A stretch of DNA of 58,480 bases, counting the filler, from Sphacelaria rigidula (taxonomy: Eukaryota): NCBI GenBank assembly GCA_964200075.2. It is 6 parts of 6 records of this genome, joined end to end, with 100 filler letters (N's around TTAATTAATTAA, not from the genome) between each part and the next. Parts side by side here need not be neighbours in the genome. Positions count along the whole stretch, not along the records: positions 19,530 to 29,193 come from CAXNAA020008005.1; positions 29,294 to 38,956 come from CAXNAA020008006.1; 4 more parts are not named here. One strand, 5' to 3'. The translations under genes were made by a program, and so were the position numbers. The notes under the pieces were generated by a model. The model did not search any database, was not told the DNA's origin, and saw only the letters and a list, made by a program, of their open reading frames with translations. This document shows positions 23,511-35,600 of this stretch, in pieces (within the stretch, counting starts at the first letter, position 1; every line of letters starts with the position of its first letter).

Positions 23511-25139
23511 GATCAGAAAAAAAAAAACGATAACCGTTAGATTCGATTTCAAGTCACAAGTATACCACTTCATAAAAAATTGTGGATTGGCATCATTTTC
23601 ACTTGAAAACGACAAAACAAACGGACACCTGCAATCAACATACGATTGCGGGTGAACAGGGTCCCAGGAGGAACATGACACCAGCCCCAGATCGCAACGG
23701 CAAGAAGTTACGTAAACCTCCGCGAGCGCAGAATACCGAAGCATCGTGAGTTGTGAGTCCAGTTCTTGTGTCGATGCGGAGGGACTCGTAAACCATTACT
23801 GGGGAGAAAAGGGTGTGATCGTTGTGGCGTTCGTGAACGGCAAATGGGCGGGAAAAGAGCCAAATGTGTGGACCCCATGGTTAGAGTTGGCGCGTAGCTT
23901 CCCTTGCGCGCTTTGTGCCGCATCGGGTACAGTGTGGGAAGCGATGGCCTAGGACGGGTACTTCCCAGGAAGACTGGTACCCCAAACAAGGTACGATTGA
24001 AACAGAACTCCTAGATCAGGTATACCTGGCTGAAACGTGGCCTAGAAAAGGTAGGCAGTTTCTGGAGGCGATACGTCCTTCTGCGCATGTCCATATCTCG
24101 GGGAGTGACATGGCTTTTTCTGGATTTTTTTCGAGGCTCAGGTGCCGAGGAGCCTCTGTGCGTCAAAAATCGGAGTGAAATCGGTGCAGATTGTTGTGTT
24201 TTGCTGTTTTTGCGTTGCTGGTCATCTTTCGTATCATTCGTATGCAAAATACGAGAAGGTATATATTTTCTAGGCCATTACCCCCGTCTATATTATGCTA
24301 ACAACATGATCATGGTAGTTGCACACATACAATTACTGCACATGAACAAAACTCCTTTGAGGCATGACCAAACCGACCGACACCCGCGTACTGGCCAATG
24401 GCGGTGATGGCGCAGAGTGTTGCAATCAGCTACGTAATGCGAGATGATCATCTTGTGCTGTTTGTGTGTGTGTGGTTGTTATTCCTGTTATTGCTGTTGT
24501 TGTCGCTGCTCCCTGTCTTCTTTCCCTTCTATGGCTGTTGTTTCTGGGGTTTTTTCGCTGCTCTTGACCACGGGCTGGATTGTTGCAATCAGCCAATGTG
24601 AGATAATCAATCAATGAGTCAATCAATCAGAGCAGCAGCAACGAGTACACGGCAAAGCAGATATGAAAAGGAGGAATGCAGCACCGTACTTCGGGAGTCG
24701 ATTTCTCTGTAGTGCCAGTGGTTGGGTGCATAGCCAACTACTGATGATGATATATAGTACTTTCCTCTTATTTTCCTTCATTTTTGTTCTAGGTCGGCCA
24801 TTTCTTTCTGTGCTTCACTTGTGTTGACTTTTTCATCACCCTTCTTTCTTATGAATTAGACTGCTATATCGTTCTGTTCGCCCCTTTTTTTTCTGTTCCT
24901 TTTTCTCAGAGAGTGTTTCATTTTCGTTTTTCTTGGGTACGTCCATCACGAGACCACGGCAGGACCCTGGGGGGTCAGTTAAAGGGCGACAATCAATCAA
25001 TCAAGTACTGTACACGAGCAGAGTGGCACGACAGGTAAACCAACAATACACCCACGCTCACATGGTTCGTATTTCGCGTCCCTTGCCAAAGCAATTACAA
25101 CATCATTGAATCATGGATCATGACCACCATGATGACGGT

Positions 25140-25270
25140 GACAACCACATCATCATCATCATCATCACCTTCATCATCATTATCACCATCATCATCACCA
25201 ACAACAACAACAACCATAACACCAACAACGACAACAAACAAAGACAACCATAATACCAATAACAACAACA
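25140..25270. repeat. (CAT)n/(AAC)n compound microsatellite
   Basis: Direct reading of the sequence. Confidence 0.9.
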
Positions 25271-25398
25271 AGAGTCTGATTGATCGACAGCATGAGTCAT
25301 CAATCGATCGTGGCATCTGCAGATAAAAGCCAGCCTTAGTGAGCCACAAGGCAGCAAGACAAACGTAAGTACCCAAGCTGAAATTACATTCCACAAAC

Positions 25399-25793
25399 CT
25401 TGTTCGCCTTATGCGAGCTGCGAGAGTGCGGAAACGTCACCGGTTCCAATTTGCCCAGCGCTTCCCCGTCGCCCTCCATCTTAGAATCCACCAACCGCTC
25501 CACCGCAGCTGCGTACACTTCCAGCTCCGCCTGGTCAACAAACTCGGGTCTTTTGACCTCAGTCATCCCCGCCGCTGCCGCCGCCCTGTGCTCCGTGAAC
25601 CCTCCATAGATACCCCCCGCCCCCGTCCGTGTCGCCTGACTCGTCCGACTTGAGCCGGCACAAGTATCACCATGATTGACATGATCAGGGTCCCCTAACT
25701 CGGTTTCGAAGTACAGAGCTGTGAAGCGTGGCAGCGGGCCCGGGAAGTCGTCGGCTGCGAGGGCGTTGAGGTCGTCCGCCGTGATCGTTCCGC
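25399..25793 (-). CDS. Probable exon of an unknown protein
   Basis: tgcag| GTITADDLNALAADDFPGPLPRFTALYFETELGDPD...AAAVERLVDSKMEGDGEALGKLEPVTFPHSRSSHKANK |gtttgt, with GC3-rich codons. A possible upstream exon lies at about 26390-26617. Confidence 0.55.
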
Positions 25794-26257
25794 CTGCATG
25801 ATATATTGAGGTGACATACCGGGGGTGGGAAAGATAGGTTCGTATCTTGCGACCGCGGGCTCGTCCAGAAGAAGGGAAGGGGGTTGAAAATGTGATCGAA
25901 AAAATGAAGGAGAAAAACAACGTATTCATAGGCGAAGCTGTACATCATCATTACACCGAATAACACCCCCTCAATACCACCGCCAGATACTAACTTTTTT
26001 TGGCTACCTTGGAAGCCATGTCGGTATCGTATCCATGGTGCTGTCAGGGTACGTACGGATCATTGATTCGCGGATCCCTCCATCATGCAAAAAACCGATA
26101 ATAATTGGCGTTTTTCTATGGTACACACCGTGTAAAAGAATACAACAGTGTGGGTCACACAAGGGTGCTGTCAAGATCACACAGTTAATAGTCCGATCCG
26201 CCATACTAATATCAAGTGATTTCACTATACCAGCATCAGCATCATAATGCAGGTGGG

Positions 26258-26312
26258 GTCCCAGCATAGTGCGGTCACGCCGGACCGGCGACCTCCCGCA
26301 CTATGCTGGGAC
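26258..26312. repeat. Perfect 17-bp stem-loop
   Basis: gtcccagcatagtgcgg / ccgcactatgctgggac with a 21-nt loop. Confidence 0.9.
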
Positions 26313-26974
26313 TCTCAGTGCAATACGTAATAGAATGTAGAGCACCATCACTATATATCGCGGCGCTCGGGCGAACAAGTCGTCCTCCACCCAGACACTT
26401 GCCTCTTGGGCCCTCGCAACAGCCGTCCGCAGCAGTAGCCCGGTCTCCTTCCCCGCTATTACGACTCCAGCGCCACGGCGCTTTAGGCGGGCCTCGCCAG
26501 GTGGGAGTGCGCTTGCTCGCAGACCAGGTGCGTCGGCGCTTTCTACCGATATGCTTGTTGGATGATGGCTGTCCGGGCATGACGGGCCCCGCTCGACCCG
26601 GTAGCTTGAACGAAATCTGTCCGTTTCGATGGGCATAGGTGTGGACAAAAAGAGATCATCAGACAAGATTGATGGCTTTATCGTCATGGTTCGATCGAGT
26701 ATTATAGATCGATTAGATCGATTAGATCGATTAGATTGATGTGACTGATTAACGCACATGCACTGATCCGCTACACGAATCCAGCCGTCGTGAAGAGGCA
26801 GGGCGTTTCTTCGGGTGAAGTGCGGGTGAGCATAATCTTGCACGAAAATAGACTCTGATCGTATATTTCCAACTCTGTGTCATGACAGGGTGAACAGGCG
26901 GGCTGCTATCAAGAAACACGTAGATACGGACCTAGGCCTTGGAAGAAGAAAAGGTAATTACTGCTCATGTATAC

Positions 26975-27262
26975 TATATTTCGTCACAGTTTCAACCCCT
27001 TCCCTTCCTCCGAACGAGTGGGTGTGGTCTTGAGGGATCAGCCCATCTCTCCCCCGTTACACGCGGTGCATTGCGTATTGAATCATGATCATCAGCACTT
27101 GCGAACCGTGTTGACTCTCGCCAAACAAACCAAGTCAAACAAGCCATTTTCGCTACTACTTACGCACGTCTTCGGACAAACTTTTTTAACGGCGGAAATG
27201 AGACACGAGAAAAAATCCGAACGACGGTGGGAATCGAACCCGCTTTCATTCCACCCTGATGG
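26975..27262 (-). mobile_element. tRNA-derived SINE (family 1), 5'-eroded
   Basis: Homologous to 15965-16284. B box ggttcgattcc on the minus strand. Confidence 0.7.
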
Positions 27263-28971
27263 AGTATGTTTGATAGCTTTAGTCGGGATGGAGGATGACC
27301 TGAACGGACTCCGCGAGTGCAGCAGTGGATCCGCAGCAAGACGGCCGTTAAGCAGGTGAAATCACCAAATATGGTGGGGTGTTTTGACCTATACAAGGGG
27401 TGGTACATCTCTCGGGTCCACCCCCACCCCCACCCCCCCGCCCCTTTTACAGCATGACTTCTCGGTGAGAGAGTCATGAAACGAACTTTCAAACCAGCGT
27501 CGTGGGGGAAGCGTTTGTGGAGTCACGGTAACGTACGAGTTGTGCGATAAGTTGAGAGTATCTGTGCACCAATGTCAAAATGTTGTGCACAGAATTCTCC
27601 CCCTCTCCTCTTCCCCTCCCCCGTCGACCCTGTGTAACACGCCACTCACCGTGTAAGCTAGGCAACCAGGTACCGGGGGTTCTTTCGCACGCGTTTTTTT
27701 TGCGGTAACCACGATGGTGATCGAGTTTGATCATGTTGTGCGGGGTAGAGAATCTCAACTCTGCGCAAAGGGGATGATCGTGAATTGTAGTGTTCAAATG
27801 GCTGAACCCATGAGGCAGTGTAACCCGTGACTATCTCTGAAATTGGCGATACCAGAAAAATGAAGCAACTCATCGGAGGCTGTCATTCATATGCAAGATA
27901 ATCAACACGATTCGGGCCGAACAATCTTAGTAGGATTTAGGTAACCCCTTATGCGACTCGCCGAATATATATTATTCTTGGTACCTGATTGCGAACCTGA
28001 CCCGGCGAAAACCCGGCGTGCCCCGTCCCGGCTGTGTAGGGATGCGAGGTAAAGCACATGATGACTACGGCATGCACGATCATGAGAGCACCCCCCCCTC
28101 CCCCACCATACGAGCTGGGCGCGCAGTAAATCCCGTATTTGCATGTCACACCATAACGCGTTAAGTTTACCAAATCAGCCCGACTTGAGCATATCGCTGT
28201 GAACTGCAGACCAACCTGGTGATGCACGGCACCGCCGTTGGTCGATTAACGAAGTTTTGGCAATGATATTATCGTACTGCATTGAGTACCGAGAACGTCT
28301 CGTGTCGTTGCGTGACAGCGTGTCTGGTGGAGACGTTTCGTTTCACGAAATGCGGTGGAATTATGATCGGGAATTGCGCCGCACAGGCACGCAAAGACTC
28401 GACATGCGCAGGCGGAAGCACACTGGTAGTGCTGCAAGATGGCATCACGCTCGTCAACAGCCCCATCAAGGGAGAGAACCTCTCAGCCAACGGTCCTTTC
28501 CCACCGTAAGAGGGCGAAGTACTACGTCAAACTGCGCTAAACACCCCCCAAATGCAAGACCGTCACTAGAATGTCGAGACCCTTCGCAACTCGGGAGGAA
28601 GCAGAATCAGAGACTCACGGGTGGAGGTTGAGCTCTGAAGCGAGGGCGGGGTTGAGATCACTGAGCGAGCAATCGAGTTCTGCAACCGCTACAATCGTGA
28701 CTTTGGTGATTCGAACCGGCGATGATTCGTCCGACCCGTGGAATTATGCACAAAACAAATGCCAGATTATGCGCTGAAACAATAAATGGTCGTGTCGGGA
28801 TTCGAACTAGTGACCTCTCTAATAAGAGGCGGTTCTACCAGGTTGACCACCGGGGCGTAGCCGTGCCACACGAAAAGCTGGATGCTGCGCCAAATTTCTG
28901 GAATTTTCGGCTGAAATTGCATCAGGATCTCCTCCACACAAGGACGCACAACTGTCCCGCGGATGCCTCCA

Positions 28972-29004
<33 letters not shown>

Positions 29005-29193
29005 TCTTTTCACGGCGTTAGGCCGCTTCTTATAGACTTGAAAAAGTCTCTGAGAAAAGTCCTTTTGGTCAGTCTCCAGAGACTCTTTTCAGAACGCGAC
29101 CTTATAGGGCCATTTTTCATGAAAAAGCCTCTGGAAATTTGCCACAAATCGCAGACAGCGGGATTTTGCGAACTCTCTCTGCGAATCGCCATC

Positions 29194-29293
29194 NNNNNNN
29201 NNNNNNNNNNNNNNNNNNNNNNNNNNNNNNNNNNNNNTTAATTAATTAANNNNNNNNNNNNNNNNNNNNNNNNNNNNNNNNNNNNNNNNNNNN
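29194..29293. other. Artificial contig spacer
   Basis: N44-TTAATTAATTAA-N44. Confidence 0.99.
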
Positions 29294-29621
29294 AAAAAAC
29301 CCCCCCCCCCCCTATCGTAGGATGACTCTTGTGAAAATATGCGAGAGTACGCTAGGATTATTATTCCAATGTGCTGGGGATATCCCGATTGAATTTGGAA
29401 ACCGGGATGCCCTGACCCATATTCTTGTTCATCTTGAACCGTGAGTAGCCTCTGAACCAGACAAGATTTCGTGCAAAAAGTGCACCCCTCCCGTAGCATT
29501 GCTCTGATTGCCAATAGTTCGATGGCTGCGGTCAGTAACCGTATTTTCCGCGTCAATTAATCGCCCGGTGACCCCTATGATGCCTTTTACACATGTTCCC
29601 TCACACTCGTCGCTCTGACAG

Positions 29622-32600
29622 GGCAACCCTCATGGTGCATGCAAGGAATCTGGACGATCAGCTGGTGGCTGTCAACGGTAACCTTGATGAGGTGGGGACG
29701 ATGCTGTATCAACGGATACCCAACACAACGTACCGTACCGTACAATTATCATTACGTACCACAACCCAGTAAAGAGGCCGTTACATGTAAGTGTCCTCGG
29801 TTCGCGATTCACTGTACATGATGATCATGAGGCCCACATATTGGACTCATTACATTTCCAGTCGTCTTCTACTGTCCCGATTGGCACGTGCTCGTAGTTC
29901 CTCCATTACAGTTCCGTCGCCGTGTGTCTCGAAAGTGCACAATATCGGTTGCTCAAGTCTACGCTTTCGACAGACTGTCGGTGGTAAGCATGCTGAACCG
30001 TCGTGTTGACACGTGGCTTGCGGCACGAGTGCAATAACCCCTCTCGTTCTCGTGATCCGAACGCCAATCGACTATTCTCACGCGTCAAGTATCCTGCGTG
30101 TCACAAAAGACCGGTCGCCCCGGTGGCTCAGGTGGTAACCTCGAAACCTCTGACGGTTCGGGCGTGGTTTTCGAATCTCGGTAAAGTCACACGACCGGGA
30201 AATGTTTTTCTTACACCATGCCCGATAACGATGGAGAGCGACTGTGTTGTGGGGATACAAAGTTCGACTTCATGGCCGACGATGGAAAGGTACCGCTAAA
30301 CCCCTTTCGCGGTAAAAAGGAAAGGCAATCACCGCAGAAAGAAAGTGGAATACAAGAAATAAAGAAGAGAACAAAAAACTCCAGTGTTGGACATCCTCTT
30401 GTTACCCGGCTGATGCGTCCACATATACCAGAAGGTGTAGACTGGCGTCCAGAATCGATAGAACGGCGACACACACAATTAAGTCCATTCTTCTCTCCCC
30501 TTGATCTATGGTCATTGTCGTGAATCTTCTCAAGTTGCGCTCCCTGCATAAGTCACCTCTCGAGATATTTTCATATTTATTCACAGACGATGCTGCTGTG
30601 CGCAAAGTTCGCTGTTTCGATGATATCTTGAATCCAGTTTTGTCATTTTCAGCATTTCATGTATTACTGCTCGTACTGTGAACAATCGAACATCAAAATT
30701 GACAATGATTCTTTGCATTGAAGGTGATAACCCGACTGCTGCCGAGATAGCCCCCCCCCCAAACCGGCCAAAAATGTGCACGGAGGCGATGATCATCAGT
30801 GCCGTTAGAGCTGGTTTCGTGTTCCATGACGCGACTTATTTGGGCGTAATAGCTGATTCCGGACTGCTACAAGCCTTTCATGTGGCCGGCATTGCTGCAA
30901 ATGACCCCATTAGTGGGGTCGCAGCCGGTTTGTCGGACGGTCTCCCGTGCACTTTTTGTGGGGGGGCTATCTCAGCATTAGTCACCCGGTAAAATTGAAA
31001 TGTTCGTGGCCACACCAATTCTTCGAAATAGGGTTACATCCCTTCACCTCCTGGTAGCTAACAACGACTACTACACGCCATAAGAAATTTGGTTATTCAT
31101 TCCACCACAATTCCTCACAACTGTTTTTCACCTACGACTCCAAACTTTCGGTTGTCGGAATCCAAATGTATTTGGCGTGTGGTAGTTTTCAAAAGCTACC
31201 AGTAGGTGAAGGAGTGAAACCATATTTCGAAGAATTGGTGTGGATACGAAGACTTTTAATTTTCCGAATTACCATCCTCAATGAAAAACTCCACCCTAGA
31301 TTTTAATAATCTGCTGTTTGTGACCGAAACGTCAGCTGTTGCCACCATTAACCTCTGACAACGCAAGCACTGCGGCGAGGCATGCAGAATTTCTTTTCAT
31401 TTTCGGATAATCTGAAAATCGAGATTGGGAGACATCACCGCCCCCCCCCCCCCCCCCCGGAGTTCGAAAGGGGATCGTTTGTCGGTTTATCAGTGGTCGC
31501 CGATACCCTGCTCTCGTTGTCGTACCCGTCGACAGCTGAACAGAAGAGAACGCGAGGTTGGCACAGCCGTCCGGGACGTGGCGATAGAGACGAGGAAAAG
31601 CGAGGAACGCTTTCGGTGTGACATGGAAAGGTGACTCGTCCCTTCATCTGTATCTGCGGGACTGTAGCGGGATGTAAATAAGCACAAATGTGAACACCCG
31701 TGGGGATTCGACTCGAAGTAGAAGCGAAATGTACGCAGCAATTGGATGAAGCATGGACATACTATTCAAAAGTGAAGCTTCGAGTCTTTCCCGGGGACTA
31801 TTAATGCGCCTGCTATATACACGACGCTATAGCAAATGGCGGTATAGAGCTCTAGGTGTAAAGCGTACCACGCTGTGGCTCATCCGAGTGTGCGGCCTTT
31901 TTTTTTGTGGAGATGACTTTTTCAAACCCTGTACGACGAAATTGTTTTCCTTGAGCTACCTGTCTGAAACGAACGCGCATCCATTCACACCCCAATCGAA
32001 GAGTATAAAGAAGAACTCTCGTGATCGAGGGAGTGTTTGCTCTGCTGTGCTTCACCTCCCGTCCTTTGGCTGCATTCGGGCAGTCTCGCCGTCGTACTGT
32101 AGGTCCCACATACATGTATGTTCTGCTAGCGAAAATGTCGTGGGAATTAGACTGCCAGGATGTACGCCGGGCTTTTTCACGAATCCTCGCAGATGGCGAG
32201 TGGGTATCGAGCAAGCAAAGGCCAAGATACGCGCGCTTTGCTTCAAACAGGCGCGGGTTGTCAAACAGGTGTGAGTAACGTCTTCGATGTTTACAACTTT
32301 TCCGAAGTCTGCTGTTCGCCGCGAAACGCTGCGTCGGACAGAGAGATATCGACAAACTTATATACGCTCTGTGGGTGATTATCAGAGAGGTGCAAGTAAC
32401 ACCACGAGTATGTTCTGACCGGGTGTTACAGCGAATCAAGTCCGGCAGACGTCGATTTTTTTGTGCAACGGTCTCAAGACTTTCCGCTGCCACGTGAATT
32501 TCGGATCAGGAAGGTGTAGGTCCCTGCTGTCCCTGCTTCGTTTTGTACTTTGGATACCAGAGGTCCTTGTCTCAAATCGCGCGTTACATCGCATCGTGTC

Positions 32601-35600
32601 TGTGCTATTTAGATACCCCTCTATGACAATATCGATGTCGGTGTTTGAAGACTTGCGACGAGAACGCCTGAAAAATCACTGAATTGTCATTTTTCTTCAG
32701 ATATCGCTGCGGTAGGGGTTGCGCACTTGGGCCCAGGTCTTTTCATTTTAGGGGCTCCTGAAATCAGGAGCTATACAAGAATATGACTCAGGACACCTCC
32801 GTTTTTCGTATTTATCCCGGATACCCCTGGCCCATTGGAATGCTTATTAATATGTAGTTTTTTTGCATGAAGTACAGTAGAGGGCCCCTAACAATTCCGA
32901 CCTCAGGAAATATGTATGCACCCTTACGTTAGTATACTAGTACCAGATGTCATGTGAATCAAATGCTTACATCAACGAGCTGCTTGTTGGGTTTGCGACT
33001 TACCACAGATATATATATGTATATGTTTTTGATTCTCCTACCGCAGCTCACCGATCTAAAGGATACCCTAAGCAGTTGGAACCCCGATGAGCATCCTACT
33101 GCGGCGGAGCGCGCGAGAAAAAAGAAGGTGGGCATCTTAAAAGCAAGCTTCGACGTAAACATTATCACCACGATCGTTCCGGAGAGTACATCGGGAGTTC
33201 TTCTGCAAGGTTGGCACAGCTTGTAGCCCCTTTCCCACCCTCCACCGCCGCACGTGTGATAGCTGGGTATAGAGCCGGACGCGATCATTTTGGCAATGGC
33301 GGGCGGGAAGATGTCGGAGCAACAGAAGGTGGTGCCAGTTTTTCATGGCCATCACATGTGATGAACGATTGAATCGGCGGAGACAGAGGTCTGTGGACTA
33401 TTTTATAGTCAGCAAGATCAACTGTGCTTCTGCTGTGTCCTCCCACGCTGTGTTTCTCGTAGTAAATCGATTTTCTCCTTATCCTTTACGTTGCGTCTGC
33501 GTATCTCGCTTTACTAATATTGCGAAGGTGGGGAAAGGAGGAGCGCCCATCGAAGAGGTTACTCCCGTAACTCTTCAACGGGACATCGAATCAAAGGTGC
33601 AGTGAACGTAACCTTGAATAATCCATCCTGAATCACGCACAAGCGTGTTGTACGTCGCGCTTTGTGAGTGATACTACGATAGGGGAGGCGAGGGGGGGGG
33701 GGTACTCATGACCATGCATGCCGCAGTCATCTGACCATTGAGCTTGCACCCCTACAAAGCCGGAACGGAGCACGCCGGGTTTTTCGCCGGACCAGGCTCG
33801 CACTCAATCACCAGACGCGAAGCGCCGTGGTGTGTTCGACGAGTCTCATGAAGAGTGAGCTGCATCCTCCGAAAATGGTTCGACCCGAAGCCTACGGGTT
33901 GTCGTGCATATGGATGGCAGACGACAATGGGTTGCTTTATCTTCTGGTATCGCCACTTCCAGAGACCCGTGTATCTCCAGGGTGTCTCACCATAGGGGGC
34001 GGGGGGGGGGACATTTCTTTTACAAAATTCCACTTCAAATCGTCGTTGAAAGCAGCGATGTTTGTTCGAACGCGCTTGTTACTATTGTAATAGGGCACAT
34101 TCATTCATACCACTTGACATCATTTTCATCGAACGACAAATGCACCGCGAGTAGATAGGCAGTCTGAAACACCTGTGGGCCCCTGCTTTTGCGGAATCAA
34201 ACAGCCCCCACTATCGTGTCATCACTTGTAGTACCCCCAAAGCGCAAGTTTCCAATAGATGCACGTGCTCGCTCATGAGCTGGCTTCATGTCTCGCTTCT
34301 TTCCACCCTTCCAGCAGTAGCAGAAATTTCAAACCTGGCTTCTCACAAGAATTTCAGTGCCGTAGTACCCTTTGGTGCTATGATGAACGTTTCTGGCGGC
34401 TTTCAAGAGCAACTGTCGCGACAACTAGTACGCTGCCACTCAGGTCATATAGTAGGGTGTTCAGACAGGCCCTTCGAGAATGTACACCCAGAGAACGACG
34501 CGTATACCCTTGTCGCAAGCAGTCTCCACGATCGACGGGTTTTTTTACGTCAATATTCAGTGCACCCAAACAAACGCACAAAAAGACCAACAGTAGTCCG
34601 TACAATGACTGTACTGACCATCTGTAGGGGTTACCCACGCCACGCGACAATCGGACACCATCCGCATCCATTTATGACGACCTACAACGACTGGTGATGA
34701 CCTATGACAACCACCGACCACCCACAACAAACCAAAGGTGCCTGATTCGGAATAATCGATGACGATGCGCACATGACCACTTACCTCTCACCACCACCAA
34801 CGACGATTGAAAACGACCAGCGCAATTTATTGGAGACCCTGAGGAAAAACGAAGATGAGGCCAAGGTCGCGGTGGAAGCAGCCAAGAAGCAGATAGAGGA
34901 GACTCGAATATACCTCGTTCGAATACAGGTGCAGTGGGTGCTCCGTCCTTGAGTGCGGCCTGATGCACGCTAGTGCCAGCTAGAACATTGTCCTACCTCA
35001 GACCTGTACCTGTCATCTGGCCTTACTATAGTATCGCCCCCGACGTACAGAGTTTGGGTGGTGCACCAGGCATTTGTATGCACGACGTAGGACCTGTCCA
35101 TATATCTGCAATCCGTGTATCTCCTACCTCGGCAGCGATAGCACGTGTTTGGTAGAGTTTCTTTGGAGTGTCTCGTACTGTTTTCGAATATAATAACAAC
35201 ATCAGAAGCTGATTTCCCACGTACTCGTGACTCCCAGCGTGAGAAGAGACGGGTCAACGGGCGGGATGGATCTGGACAGTAGGGTATTCGATTTTGCTCA
35301 GTAACGACCATCGAGAACACTGCCCCTGCACAGTTACCGTAGTACTTCATACTCTACTCCGGCTCCCATGTTAATGTCTTGAGTTGAACGTCGGTTTTAT
35401 CGACGACAAGGGTGGTCGCCGCGGCGGCTCAGTTGGCAATCTTGAAACCTTCTGACGATTGGGTCGTGGGATCGAATCTCGGCGACGTCGCACGATCTGG
35501 GATTTTTTCTCACATCATGCCCAATAGTGCAGAGCGACTATGTCGTGGGTAATCAAAATTCGACTTGCACGGTCGACGAGGGAAAGGGACCGCTGAGCCC

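Larger units (their letters stand above)
22240..24284. mobile_element. ~2-kb foldback element with ~450-bp inverted arms and nested insertions
   Basis: 22249-22698 is the reverse complement of 23832-24274 (mirror ORFs MPHRVQCGKRWPRTGT). Confidence 0.85.

Noticed and set aside
23174..23744. Poly-Leu/poly-Val membrane-protein-like ORFs (similarly 25095-25396 and 46040-46388)
   Set aside because: They are translations of (AAC)n, (CAT)n and (CAC)n microsatellites.
25600..25680. Similarity GDTCAGS to 17985-18015
   Set aside because: It is a short match in a frame different from the likely coding frame of the 18-kb repeat, and is probably coincidental.
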